A stretch of DNA of 64,000 nt from an uncultured Clostridia bacterium (GCA_947589475.1 CANQBO010000003.1:2837-66836), one strand, 5' to 3'. Shown: positions 36,589 through 46,403, numbered from the stretch's first letter. Made by a program: numbers and translations. Notes: generated by a model from the letters alone, not told the origin.

Positions 36589-37585
36589 CCTTGGGAGCAA
36601 ATTCATTACTATATACCAGAGAGGCGTGGGGCTTGTGTTGCGCGAACCCGCGATCGCTATTGCCTCTCGCAACAAGAGCAAGCTTGAGATCCGCGAAGCG
36701 GGCTTCCGCGCGCAGAACGTCATGACGGGCGCTTTGGGCGGAGCAAAAGTCATCGCGCCCATAAACAAGGGCATCGTCGTTGACGAGGAAATGACGGCTC
36801 AACTCCTCGGGCACTTCCTCAAGAGGATATTGCCGCACGGCATCGCCAGACCGCGAGTCAGGGCGATAGTGTCGATATGTTCCTCTTCCACAAGCTCGGA
36901 AAGGCAGGCGGTGGAGAAGTGTTGCATAAAGGCGGGCATAAAAGAGGTCACGCTTGTTGAGTCGCCGCTGTCCCTGCTTTCGTATACGAGCAGTATAGGC
37001 GGGCTTTTCGTGGACATAGGCGGCGGAAAGACGGAAATTGCCGCAGTCACAAATCGCGGCATCATAAACGGGTGTACCGTGGACATCGCGGGCGACGCGT
37101 TCAACAATGCGATAATAGATTTCATCGTCAAAAAATACGGCGTGAGGCTGGGCGAATTCACCGTTGAGCATCTCAAACAATCCGCGCTCTCATTTTACAT
37201 AAACGACAACGCGAACTATGCGGTCTCGGGTGCGGCGAAGGACGCGGGAGACGCCCCGGACGGCTCTCCTCGCAGTCTGTATGTGTCCGCGAGCGATCTT
37301 CTAAGCGCCGTGCAGGAGCTTGTGGACGACATCATCGAGCTTATGATGGACATCCTCGACAAGACCCCGCCCGAACTTTCCGCGGAAATATTGAGGAAGG
37401 GCATTTTCGTGAGCGGCGGCTCCATGCATATCCCCGGCATCATCGACTACATCGAGCAGGCGCTCGAACTTCCCGTCACGGCGCTCAAGGACGTCGACAA
37501 TGCCGTAGCCATAGGCGGCGCGCGTTTCTTCGACAACAAGGATATGTTGTCCGACATGCTCGGCGTCAAGCTCAATTTGCTGTAA
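36563..37585 (+). CDS. mreB: Divergent MreB/Mbl-family actin-like protein
   Basis: AGGAG precedes the ATG. Motifs: IDLGSKFITIY..LREPAIAIA, FVDIGGGKTEIAAV, GDAFNNAIIDFI and SGGSMHIPG. Confidence 0.75.
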   Translation: MSTVDLSIDLGSKFITIYQRGVGLVLREPAIAIASRNKSKLEIREAGFRAQNVMTGALGGAKVIAPINKGIVVDEEMTAQLLGHFLKRILPHGIARPRVRAIVSICSSSTSSERQAVEKCCIKAGIKEVTLVESPLSLLSYTSSIGGLFVDIGGGKTEIAAVTNRGIINGCTVDIAGDAFNNAIIDFIVKKYGVRLGEFTVEHLKQSALSFYINDNANYAVSGAAKDAGDAPDGSPRSLYVSASDLLSAVQELVDDIIELMMDILDKTPPELSAEILRKGIFVSGGSMHIPGIIDYIEQALELPVTALKDVDNAVAIGGARFFDNKDMLSDMLGVKLNLL

Positions 37586-37616
37586 AATTGACGATATATA
37601 GCAAGTTTTGACAAAT

Positions 37617-37647
37617 ACAGCCCTAATTTTCGGGGCTGTTTTTTTTA
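37617..37647 (+). terminator. Intrinsic terminator/attenuator between mreB-like and minD
   Basis: ACAGCCC-TAATTTTCG-GGGCTGT is followed by TTTTTTTT. Confidence 0.6.
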
Positions 37648-37649
37648 TT

Positions 37650-38411
37650 ATGTCAGTTATGAGAAGAATTGTTGTGACCTCGGGTAAGGGAGGAGTGGGC
37701 AAGACCACCGTGACGGCGGCTCTCGGCAGGAAACTCGCGCGCGAGGGCTTCAGGGTGGTGCTTGTCGACGCGGACGTTGGCCTCAACAACCTCGACGTCG
37801 TGACGGGTGTGGAAAGACGTGTAGTCTATGACATCGCGGACGTGCTCGCGGGCAGGTGCAGGCCGTTTCAGGCTCTCGTCGCGGACAGCGAGTCGAGCCT
37901 GCGCATACTCCCGTCGTCGCGGGAATGTTTGTCCGTATCCGCGCAGGCGTTTTCCAAGGTCATCTCAAGTCTTTGCGAGTTCGACTTTGCGATTATAGAC
38001 TGTCCCGCGGGCATAGAGCTGGGATTTCATCGCGCTGTTTCGGCGGCGGATGAGGCTATTGTCGTCGTCACGCCCTCCGCGTCCGCCATACGCGACGCGG
38101 ACAAAGTGATCGCCCTGCTCAAGAGTTATCCTTTGGGCGACGTGTCTTTGGTCGTAAATCGCGTACGCCCCGACCTCGTGCGCAAGGGGGAAATGCTTGC
38201 CGCGGCGGAGATAGGAGGGCTTATGCGTACGCCCGTCATAGGCGTGATACCCGAGGACGACGCTGTGACTGTATATCAACAGATGGGCACATTCCCCTCC
38301 GACCGTCCCTCCGACAAGGCGTACGCCTATCTCGCAAGGAACGTCATCGACCGCACAAAGACATTCCACGACGTGAAGTCGAAACGCAAGCTGTTTCGCT
38401 TCAGGGCATAG
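37650..38411 (+). CDS. minD: Septum site-determining ATPase MinD
   Basis: Deviant Walker A VVTSGKGGVGKTT, IIDCPAGIE, and a C-terminal amphipathic KRKLFRFRA. The start is at 37650 or 37659. Confidence 0.9.
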   Translation: MSVMRRIVVTSGKGGVGKTTVTAALGRKLAREGFRVVLVDADVGLNNLDVVTGVERRVVYDIADVLAGRCRPFQALVADSESSLRILPSSRECLSVSAQAFSKVISSLCEFDFAIIDCPAGIELGFHRAVSAADEAIVVVTPSASAIRDADKVIALLKSYPLGDVSLVVNRVRPDLVRKGEMLAAAEIGGLMRTPVIGVIPEDDAVTVYQQMGTFPSDRPSDKAYAYLARNVIDRTKTFHDVKSKRKLFRFRA

Positions 38412-38513
38412 CAAGACCCATCTTTAAAGCGCGACAGGCGGTTGCGCGCTTCAGCCTGTCTTAAGGCAATATCAAACTAAAATGCGGTCAAAATCTAAAT
38501 TTCGGGAGGATGT

Positions 38514-38768
38514 ATGAGAACGGACAGAGAGATATCAAGGCGCATGCGCGAGATGCTGACGCAGGACAAGACCGTGATAAAAGACGGGTTTATATCGGCG
38601 ATGAAGGGGGACCTAGGCAAGTTGCTGGACGCGTATTTCGCGCTGTCATCGCCTATATGCGTGAGCATAGAACAGGGAGAAAGCGGCACGGACTTCGACG
38701 TCGCCATCACATTTGCCGCCTCCGACATCCGTCGCTTCGACACCACTATGGACGTAAAGAGATATTAG
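38514..38768 (+). CDS. minE: MinE-like topological specificity factor (divergent)
   Basis: It lies immediately downstream of minD, with GGGAGG before the ATG. At 84 aa it has the size and layout of clostridial MinE (KGDLGKLLDAYFAL...VSIEQ...DFDVAI), but identity is low. Confidence 0.55.
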   Translation: MRTDREISRRMREMLTQDKTVIKDGFISAMKGDLGKLLDAYFALSSPICVSIEQGESGTDFDVAITFAASDIRRFDTTMDVKRY

Positions 38769-38828
38769 AATTTCGCCGCGCAGTCATAATCCCATATCGC
38801 CGCGCATAGTTTATACTCGAGGTGACTT

Positions 38829-39065
38829 ATGGAGTATGATGAAAGCAAAAAGCTCGACGTAAAAGTGAGCGAAAACGACTTTGTTGAAAACCGCGTTTCG
38901 AGACCGCGCGCAAAAAAGAAGCTCGGCTTCGACTTCATCGACGTTGCGATGATCCCCGTCATTATAGGCGTATTTGTCTCGCTCGGTTTCCTGTTTGCCA
39001 ATCTTTTTAAGGCGACGGCGGCGGTGGACGCTTTGAACGCGCTTGTCGGAATGATGGGAGCGTAA
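38829..39065 (+). CDS. Small single-TM protein (hypothetical)
   Basis: 78 aa with one hydrophobic helix (VAMIPVIIGVFVSLGFLFANLF). It lies between minE and the S2P protease gene. Confidence 0.5.
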   Translation: MEYDESKKLDVKVSENDFVENRVSRPRAKKKLGFDFIDVAMIPVIIGVFVSLGFLFANLFKATAAVDALNALVGMMGA

Positions 39066-39075
39066 GCGGACGGGA

Positions 39076-39954
39076 ATGAAATTCAAGATAAATCCGCTGT
39101 TTTTCGCGCTTGTTCTCGCGCTCATACTGCTGGGACAGGCGCTGAATTTTATGTGGACGCTCGTCGCCCTCATTTTGCACGAAGCGGCGCACGCGGCTAT
39201 GGCGCGGCTCAGGGGCTTTCAGGTGAAACAGGTTGTGCTTTTGCCGTATGGCGCGATGATGAGCCTCGGCGAGAGTTTCGACCCCGTCTCCGCCGTGCTC
39301 ATAGGGCTGGCGGGTCCCGCGATGAACGGACTGCTTGCGCTCGTCCTTTTGGGACTTTGGTGGCTCTATCCCGCAATTTATCCCATTACAATACCGTTTT
39401 TGTACGCAAATGTCTCGCTTTGCGCCTTCAATCTTCTGCCCGCTTATCCCCTCGACGGCGCGAGGGTGACGCTGGGACTCAGCAAAAACAAGCTAAAGGC
39501 GATCAAGGGACTGCAAGCGGCGGGCGTCGTGCTCAGCCTCGCGTTTTTCGCGCTTTTCATCGCGTCCTGTTTTTACTCGATAAACATCTCTCTCGGAGTG
39601 ATCGCGGTGTTTCTCTTCTACGGAGCGGCGTTCGGCACGCGCGACGAGATGTACATCAGCGTGCTTGACAGCGCAAGCAAAAATTTAGAGTTGGGCGTAG
39701 AGGAAAGACGGGTGAGAATATCGTCTAAAGCGCCCATAGCGCGCCTCTATCACCACGTGAGCGCCTCGAGCGAGACCGTATTCGAGGTCGTAGGCGAGGG
39801 AGGCGAAGTCAAAGAACTTTCCGAAGAGGGGCTGAAGGCGCTCGCGCTCAAATTCAGGCTGTCCTCGTCCGTAGGGGACGCGCTCGAGGGGAAGGCAAAG
39901 GTTTTGTACGTCCGAAAAAAATCTAAAGAGGCGCGCGATTTTAAATCAAAATAA
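39076..39954 (+). CDS. M50 site-2 protease (SpoIVFB-like)
   Basis: HEAAHAAMA (HExxH) and NLLPAYPLDGARV, in a multi-TM protein. Confidence 0.85.
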   Translation: MKFKINPLFFALVLALILLGQALNFMWTLVALILHEAAHAAMARLRGFQVKQVVLLPYGAMMSLGESFDPVSAVLIGLAGPAMNGLLALVLLGLWWLYPAIYPITIPFLYANVSLCAFNLLPAYPLDGARVTLGLSKNKLKAIKGLQAAGVVLSLAFFALFIASCFYSINISLGVIAVFLFYGAAFGTRDEMYISVLDSASKNLELGVEERRVRISSKAPIARLYHHVSASSETVFEVVGEGGEVKELSEEGLKALALKFRLSSSVGDALEGKAKVLYVRKKSKEARDFKSK

Positions 39955-40135
39955 TAAGATTTTTGAAATTTGCAACAATTTTCACATTTATTTTTCATAA
40001 ATTTTACGGGTTTTTGCAAAAAACGGCGCAAATTTCGCTATGTGGCGGTCGCGTTTGACTTTTGAGCGCGAAAATTTTATAATTACGTATGTATAGAACA
40101 AAAACGCATCGACGTGCAAAGGAGTTCGCTTTTTT

Positions 40136-41080
40136 ATGAAATATGTTGGCGTGGATATAGGCGGCATGAGCGTCAAGGTCGGCGTAGTGAGCGAGAAGGG
40201 AGAGATACTCTTCAAAAAGTCGGCGATATGCCATCCCGAAAGACAGGACAGCGATATAGCGGCGGAGATCGCCGCGCTCATAAACGTCGTCATAGAGGAG
40301 TCGGGAGTGCAGAGGAGCGACATCGCGGGCATAGGCATAGGCTGTCCCGGGTCCGTCTACGACAAAAAGGGCGTCGTCAGATACAGCTGTAATCTCAACT
40401 TCCGCAACACTCCTCTCGCCGCGTGGATAGCGGAGCGCGTGGGCATAGGCCATGTGAGGCTGAGCAACGACGCAAACTGCGCCGCGCTCGGCGAGACGCT
40501 CTTCGGGGCGGGCAAGGGCGCGAGCAACAGCGTTATGATAACTCTCGGCACGGGCGTAGGCACGGGAATAGTCGTAGACGGCAAACTGCTCACGGGCAAC
40601 AAGTCAGCGGGCGCCGAGGGCGGACACATTCAGATAGACGTGGGCGGCAAGACGTGCGGATGCGGCAAGAAGGGACATTACGAAGCGTATGCTTCCGCAA
40701 CGGCGCTCATCGCCATGACAAACGAGGCTTGCGGGAAGTATCCCGACAGTCTGCTCGCCAAACTCGCCGCGAGCGAGGGCGTGGACGGCAAACTTCCCTT
40801 CAACGCGGCAAGGGCGGGCTGTCCCGTCGCGCAGAGGCTCGTGAAGCGCTACATCAAATACGTGGGTATGGGACTTGTGAGCTTTGCAAACATCTTCTAT
40901 CCCGAAGTCATCATTATAGGCGGCGGCATCTCAAACGAAGGCGACGCCATCATCAAGCCGCTTCAAAGATATGTTTCCCGCAACGTTTACGGCGCGGAGT
41001 ACAATCCGAAGATAAAGGTCGTAGCCGCGACCTTGCGCAACGACGCGGGAATAGTCGGAGCCGCGGCGCTCTGCATGTAA
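40136..41080 (+). CDS. glcK: ROK-family glucokinase
   Basis: MKYVGVDIGGMSVKVGVV, NDANCAALGE and the zinc motif CGCGKKGHYEAYAS. Confidence 0.85.
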   Translation: MKYVGVDIGGMSVKVGVVSEKGEILFKKSAICHPERQDSDIAAEIAALINVVIEESGVQRSDIAGIGIGCPGSVYDKKGVVRYSCNLNFRNTPLAAWIAERVGIGHVRLSNDANCAALGETLFGAGKGASNSVMITLGTGVGTGIVVDGKLLTGNKSAGAEGGHIQIDVGGKTCGCGKKGHYEAYASATALIAMTNEACGKYPDSLLAKLAASEGVDGKLPFNAARAGCPVAQRLVKRYIKYVGMGLVSFANIFYPEVIIIGGGISNEGDAIIKPLQRYVSRNVYGAEYNPKIKVVAATLRNDAGIVGAAALCM

Positions 41081-41092
41081 AACTCACTACAT

Positions 41093-42859
41093 ATGGCAAG
41101 TTTTGCTTCTGAATTTGAAAAATTACTCCCCGAAGTCGAAAAACCGGGGCGCTATTCGGGCGGGGAGTGGAACACCCCCGATATGTCCTCCCCCGCGAGA
41201 GGGGACATGTGCTTTTGCTTTCCCGATCTTTACGAGATAGGCATGAGCAATCTGGGCGTTCAAATACTCTACGACATCGTCAACCGAGCGGAGGGCTTCA
41301 GGGCGGAAAGATGTTTCGCGCCCGCGCTCGACATGGCGAGTAAACTTAGGGAGCGCGGCATTCCTTTGCTCTCGATAGAGACGAAAAAGCCTGTCAAGGA
41401 CTTCACCGTCGTAGGGTTTTCAATTGGTTTTGAATTGCTTTATACCAACGTGCTCTACATGATGGACCTCGCGGGCATAACTTTCCGCGCCGAGGACAGG
41501 AAAGAGGACGACGCAATTGTCATCGCGGGCGGTCCTTGCTCCGTGAATCCCGAGCCGTTCGCGCCCTTCTTCGACGCCATAGTCTGCGGAGAGGGCGAGG
41601 ACGCGGACCTCGAACTTTTAAGGCGCGTCACCGAAGGCAGAGAGAAGGGACTCACAAGGGCGGCAATATTGGAAAGCATAGCGGACATCGAGGGCGTATA
41701 CGTGCCCTCGCTCAAGCGAGAGGGCTACCGCGTGAAAAAGGCGGTCGTGAAAGACTTTGAAAACGCGCCCTACATCTCGAAGCCGCTCGTCCCCACCGTG
41801 GAAAGCGTGCACGACAGGGCTACGCTGGAGCTGTATCGCGGTTGCGCAAGCGGATGCCGCTTTTGTCAGGCGGGATTTTGGTATCGTCCCATACGCGAGA
41901 GGAGCGCCAAACGTTGCGCCTCTCTTGCAAAGGATATGCTAAAGAGCACGGGTTTCGGCGAGCTGAGCCTGTGTTCGCTCTCCACAAGCGACTATACGGA
42001 GTTGGAGGCGCTCGAGGACGAGCTAAGCCCGTATTGCCGCGAGAGGGGGATAACCATGGCTCTCCCCAGCCTGAGGATAAGTTCTTTCAAACCCGATATG
42101 GCAAAGGATTCGCGCAAGAGTTCGCTCACGTTTGCGCCCGAGGCGGGCACGCAGAGATTGCGCGACGTCATCAACAAAAACGTAAGCGAAGAAGAGATAG
42201 ACAAGATTTCCGTAGCTTTCGAGGCGGGATACGACAGTATAAAACTGTATTTCATGATGGGTTTGCCCACCGAGACGGACGAGGATATAGCCGGTATAGC
42301 GCAGATATGCCGAAGACTCAAGCAGCTGTATCAGGAAAAGAGGCACAAGCGCGGGCTGAACATTTCCGTGAGTTGCGCCGTATTCATTCCGAAGCCTTGC
42401 ACGCCATTTCAGTGGGAGGAGCAGATATCCTTTGAGGAAATGAAACGCCGACAGTTTTATCTGCGCGGTCTGCTTCGCGAGATAAAGGGAGTGAGTTTTT
42501 CGTGGCACGGCGCGGAAACTTCCGTGCTGGAGGCGGCGCTCGCGAGGGGAGACAGGCGACTCTCCTACGTGATAGAGGACGCATTTAGGGCGGGCGCGTG
42601 CTTCGACGGCTGGTCTGAACACTTCAAGTGGGACGTTTGGCAGGCGGCGTTCGAGGGCAGAGGACTTACGATGCAGGAGTTCACGCGCGCTCGCGCTCTC
42701 GACGAGGAATTGCCGTGGGACTTCATAGACGTCGGCGTGGACAAAAAATACCTCGCAAGAGAGAGGGAGCTTGCCTATAAGGGCGTTACGACAAAAAATT
42801 GCCGCGAGGGTTGCAACGGTTGCGGCGCGCTGAAGATGGGGAGGTGCACCATACTATGA
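41093..42859 (+). CDS. B12-binding-like/radical SAM protein of the TIGR03960 type
   Basis: Radical-SAM cluster motif YRGCASGCRFCQAG. It has the size and N-terminal layout of the family that always precedes DUF2344. Confidence 0.8.
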   Translation: MASFASEFEKLLPEVEKPGRYSGGEWNTPDMSSPARGDMCFCFPDLYEIGMSNLGVQILYDIVNRAEGFRAERCFAPALDMASKLRERGIPLLSIETKKPVKDFTVVGFSIGFELLYTNVLYMMDLAGITFRAEDRKEDDAIVIAGGPCSVNPEPFAPFFDAIVCGEGEDADLELLRRVTEGREKGLTRAAILESIADIEGVYVPSLKREGYRVKKAVVKDFENAPYISKPLVPTVESVHDRATLELYRGCASGCRFCQAGFWYRPIRERSAKRCASLAKDMLKSTGFGELSLCSLSTSDYTELEALEDELSPYCRERGITMALPSLRISSFKPDMAKDSRKSSLTFAPEAGTQRLRDVINKNVSEEEIDKISVAFEAGYDSIKLYFMMGLPTETDEDIAGIAQICRRLKQLYQEKRHKRGLNISVSCAVFIPKPCTPFQWEEQISFEEMKRRQFYLRGLLREIKGVSFSWHGAETSVLEAALARGDRRLSYVIEDAFRAGACFDGWSEHFKWDVWQAAFEGRGLTMQEFTRARALDEELPWDFIDVGVDKKYLARERELAYKGVTTKNCREGCNGCGALKMGRCTIL

Positions 42860-43479
42860 TCGTGCTCAAATACCAAAAGCGCGACGAGGCGCGCTTCATA
42901 TCGCATATAGACTTGCTCCGCCACATATCCCGCATACTTTTGAGGGCGGAAATACCCGTCAAGCGTTCAAACGGTTTCAATCCGCACGCGCTCGTGTTTT
43001 TCTCCCCTCCGCTCGCGCTCGGCGTGACATCGATGGCGGAGTACCTCACGATAGATACGGATATGCCCGCAGAGGAGGTCTTGACTCGTTTCAACGCCTC
43101 AACTCCAAACGGACTACATGCGATTTGCGCATATGGGTGCGAAAAAAACCCGAATTTGCAGGCGCGCGTCTCGGCGGCGGACTACATCTATCCCTATCCA
43201 TATCGCGAGATAGACTTCTCGCGCGTCGTCATCGAGTATCAAAAGAAGGGCGAGACCGTAAAAGAGGACGTCTCTTCGAAGATATTTTCGGCGAGGGACG
43301 AGGACGGTATGCTGTGCCTCAGGCTCGCCACGGGAGGCGTAAATCTGCGCCCCGACAGACTTCTCGCCACGCTTGACGGCATATACGGGATCAAGGGCAG
43401 CGTGACGGACATAATCAAGACGGCGCAATACGTCGCGGCGGACGGAAAATTTGTCGACGTCGACGATATTTTGTCCTGA
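42856..43479 (+). CDS. Radical-SAM-associated DUF2344 (TIGR03936-type) protein
   Basis: The start overlaps the upstream stop (ATGA). The N-terminus is MIVLKYQKRDEARFISHIDLLRHISRILLRAEIPV...GFNPH. Confidence 0.8.
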   Translation: MIVLKYQKRDEARFISHIDLLRHISRILLRAEIPVKRSNGFNPHALVFFSPPLALGVTSMAEYLTIDTDMPAEEVLTRFNASTPNGLHAICAYGCEKNPNLQARVSAADYIYPYPYREIDFSRVVIEYQKKGETVKEDVSSKIFSARDEDGMLCLRLATGGVNLRPDRLLATLDGIYGIKGSVTDIIKTAQYVAADGKFVDVDDILS

Positions 43480-43562
43480 CGCCTCGACATCGGGCCCTTT
43501 GCGTTTTGCGGGAAAGCAAAACGTGATGAGACAGAAAATAAATTTTGTTTACGGAATAGATT

Positions 43563-45047
43563 ATGAAACAGTTGATTTTGGACTACACCCCATACTGTAC
43601 GCGCGCCGCGCTTGTCGAAAACGGCGAGCTTATCGACTTTTCCGTCGAGCGCACGAACGCAATGGGGCTTGTCGGCAACATCTATAAGGGCAAGGTGGAG
43701 AATGTGCTCGAGGGAATGAAAGCGGCATTTGTCAACATCGGGCTGGAGCGCAACGGTTTCCTGTTTGTGGGCGACTCGCGCGTGGACAAGACGCGCATAC
43801 AGTCCGTCATGCCAAAGCGACAAAAGCAGATCTCCCCCGGGGACGTCATCATGTGTCAGGTCGTAAAGGATCAGTTTGGCACAAAGGGCGCGCGCCTGGC
43901 AACGGACATCACGTTGCCCGGCTACTATCTCGTTCTGCTTCCCGATTCGAGTTTTATAGGCGTATCCCGCAAGATAGAGGACGACGAGAGGAGAGAGTAT
44001 CTCGAACAGCTTGTCACCTCGATATGTCCCGACGGCATGGGTTTCATCATCCGCTCGGCGGCGGACAGCGCGACGGACAGGGACATCGTCGTAGAGGCGT
44101 CCTTGCTTTTGGCGCTTTGGGAAAAGATCAAAAACGACTATGTTTCCGCGCCCGAAAAGAGCATGGTGTTTGAGGAAATGACCCTCTTCGAGCGCGCTCT
44201 CAGGGATACATTCAACGAGGATATCGACAGGGTCATTGTCAACGACGCGGGCGTGGCGAGCGCACTCGAGGGCAGAGTGGGCAAGGCGCGCATAGAGTTG
44301 TACACGGGCGAGCGCGGCATCATGGCGCACTTCGGCATCTCCACGCAGATCAACCATCTTTGCGACCGCCGCGTAGACATCCCGGGCGGAGCGTACATCG
44401 TCATCGACAAGACGGAGGCGCTCACCGTGATAGACGTCAACACGGGCAAATTCGTAGGCTCGCGCGACCTCGAGGACACCGTGTTCCGCACCAACCTCGC
44501 CGCCGCGGACACCATCGCAAAACAACTGCGCATACGCAATATCAGCGGCATAATCGTCATCGATTTCATAGATATGGAAATAAAGGAGCACCGCGACGCC
44601 GTCCTGCAAAGGCTCGAGACCGCGCTCAAACCCGACCACCTGCGCACCGCGACCATAGGCATGACCCCTTTGGGACTCGTCGAACTCACCCGCAAAAAAA
44701 CGCGTTTGGGTCTTGACGACTTCATGCTCCGCCCTTGCAAGGAGTGCGGAAGCGGCTTTGAAATAAGCGACATCCAACTTTGCTTTATGCTTCGCGACGA
44801 ACTTGTGGACTTCTTCATCGCACACCATTTGAAGACGCTGTTTGTCGGACTCAATCCCGCCGTATACAATATGGTCTTTGAAAGCAACATCTTCGAGCGC
44901 AGTCTCCAAAACGCGTGGAAGGATAAGTGCATATGGCTGTATGCCGACGACGAGATCAAGCGCGACCGCTTCATCTTCCACGGCTCCGCCCCCGAAAACC
45001 TGCCTATGTCATTGAAACGCCTGAAATCGCAGGAGAGCGAAGAGTGA
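43563..45047 (+). CDS. rng: Ribonuclease G/E family endoribonuclease
   Basis: S1 domain GNIYKGKVENVLEGMKAAFVNIGLERNGFL and catalytic region VIDVNTGKFVG...IIVIDFIDM. Confidence 0.9.
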   Translation: MKQLILDYTPYCTRAALVENGELIDFSVERTNAMGLVGNIYKGKVENVLEGMKAAFVNIGLERNGFLFVGDSRVDKTRIQSVMPKRQKQISPGDVIMCQVVKDQFGTKGARLATDITLPGYYLVLLPDSSFIGVSRKIEDDERREYLEQLVTSICPDGMGFIIRSAADSATDRDIVVEASLLLALWEKIKNDYVSAPEKSMVFEEMTLFERALRDTFNEDIDRVIVNDAGVASALEGRVGKARIELYTGERGIMAHFGISTQINHLCDRRVDIPGGAYIVIDKTEALTVIDVNTGKFVGSRDLEDTVFRTNLAAADTIAKQLRIRNISGIIVIDFIDMEIKEHRDAVLQRLETALKPDHLRTATIGMTPLGLVELTRKKTRLGLDDFMLRPCKECGSGFEISDIQLCFMLRDELVDFFIAHHLKTLFVGLNPAVYNMVFESNIFERSLQNAWKDKCIWLYADDEIKRDRFIFHGSAPENLPMSLKRLKSQESEE

Positions 45048-45346
45048 TCGTCCCGCTTGCATTTTGCTCGGGACTTAGCTCCGTTGCCATAGCTGCATAG
45101 TTTTACGTCTGCGCTCAATCGCAGACGTAAAACCAGCGCCCGACTCATCGCTGTACGAAACGAAGGGAGAGGTTGGGTTTTCAATAACCCCGTCTGAGCT
45201 ACCTACGATTTATGTGTTTGAGTTCTATAATCTCTGTCTCGGTTTCCTAAGCACTTATTGTATTTTTGCGATATATATGTAAAAGTGCGCTTGCAAAAGC
45301 GCTTAAGATATGCTAAGATAAAGCACGATAAGGTAGGGGTGAATTT

Positions 45347-46324
45347 ATGAAAGCATGGCACGTCCGCAGTTTGAGCGAGGTCACGTTGGAGGACTGCCCC
45401 TCTCAGAGAGGGCAAGGCGAGGTGAAATTGAAGCTGTCGCGGGTCTCGTTGTCCTCGCGGGAGCTGGTATATTTGACTTCGGGTGCGGATGTAGGGCACG
45501 ATATTCCCGGACATTCCGCCATAGCGTATGTTTCGGAGGCTGATGAGGACAGCGGTTTCAAGTTGGGATCGCGCGTCGTCGTAAGCCCGTTTTTGTCGGT
45601 CACGGAGTACGGAAAACAGGTCGTCAGGACGATGGGCGTCAACATGGACGGCTTGTTGAGAGATTTTGTATGCGTTCCCGCGGAAAACGTTTTTCCGCTT
45701 CCCGACGGCATTTCGGATGAAGAGGCTGTCTTTACGGACTATATCGCCATGGCAAACAATGCGCTTGAATTTACCGAAGCAGAGGCGGGCGATTATGTCG
45801 TCATTGTCGGGGCGAACACTTTGGGGCTTATACTGAGCCAGCTTGCAAGCTATTATCAGCTTGTACCCGTGCTCATAGACCTTGACGCGAGCAAACTTGC
45901 GCTTGCGAAAAGTTGGGGAGTGAGCTATACGCTGGATCCCACATTTGACGACCTCGAGAGGCGCATAATGGACTTGACGGGCGGCAGAATGTGCGACGCG
46001 GCGGTGTTTGCGGGCGAGGGTACGACTCTCGACGCGGCGATCCGCCTTGTCAAAAACGAGGGCGAGGTCGTGCTTGCGGGATATTCATTCCCCGAAAAAC
46101 ACGGGCTGGATATGGACGTGATATTGAAAAAACAGCTCAAACTTCGCGGGATAAACAACGGCTACGGCGAAATTTCCACCGCGATAAACCTGCTCGCCAA
46201 CAAGATCGTGTGCACGGACGGCATGATAAACGCGCGCATGTCCTTCGACGAGGTGCCGAAGGCGGTCGAGGCGGGCAGTAAATATCCCTACAAATTCGGA
46301 CACATCCTCATCTCGCAATATTGA
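45347..46324 (+). CDS. Medium-chain (zinc-type) alcohol/polyol dehydrogenase family protein
   Basis: GHSAIAYV occupies the GHE position and VVIVGANTLGLILSQLA is the Rossmann motif. The typical catalytic Cys/Glu residues are not obvious. Confidence 0.7.
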   Translation: MKAWHVRSLSEVTLEDCPSQRGQGEVKLKLSRVSLSSRELVYLTSGADVGHDIPGHSAIAYVSEADEDSGFKLGSRVVVSPFLSVTEYGKQVVRTMGVNMDGLLRDFVCVPAENVFPLPDGISDEEAVFTDYIAMANNALEFTEAEAGDYVVIVGANTLGLILSQLASYYQLVPVLIDLDASKLALAKSWGVSYTLDPTFDDLERRIMDLTGGRMCDAAVFAGEGTTLDAAIRLVKNEGEVVLAGYSFPEKHGLDMDVILKKQLKLRGINNGYGEISTAINLLANKIVCTDGMINARMSFDEVPKAVEAGSKYPYKFGHILISQY

Positions 46325-46378
46325 TATTCGCTTAGTGCGATTTGCGGGCGAGGCAGGGGAAATCGTCAAGAGATCCGA

Positions 46379-46403
46379 AACGGGCGAATTTGCGCCCGTT
46401 TTT
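46379..46403 (+). terminator. Rho-independent terminator after the dehydrogenase gene
   Basis: AACGGGCG-AATTT-GCGCCCGTT followed by TTT. Confidence 0.7.

Noticed and set aside
37608-37658. ORF-track N-terminal extension of MinD (TTG at 37608)
   Set aside because: The extension would be translated through an intrinsic terminator hairpin plus T-run (37617-37647). It would add a hydrophobic peptide absent from MinD proteins. The start at 37650 or 37659 gives the canonical N-terminus.
43239-44981. 580-aa ORF on the minus strand
   Set aside because: It is antisense to the DUF2344 and RNase G genes and has the same shadow-ORF characteristics. The overlapping 44138..45184 and 35653..36774 minus-strand ORFs are rejected for the same reason.
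45181-45208. tRNA-like D-arm sequence (minus strand GTAGCTCAGACGG)
   Set aside because: There is no matching 3' D-stem (GAGC), T-arm (GGTTCGAATCC-like) or acceptor stem nearby, so it cannot fold into a cloverleaf. It is not called as a tRNA.
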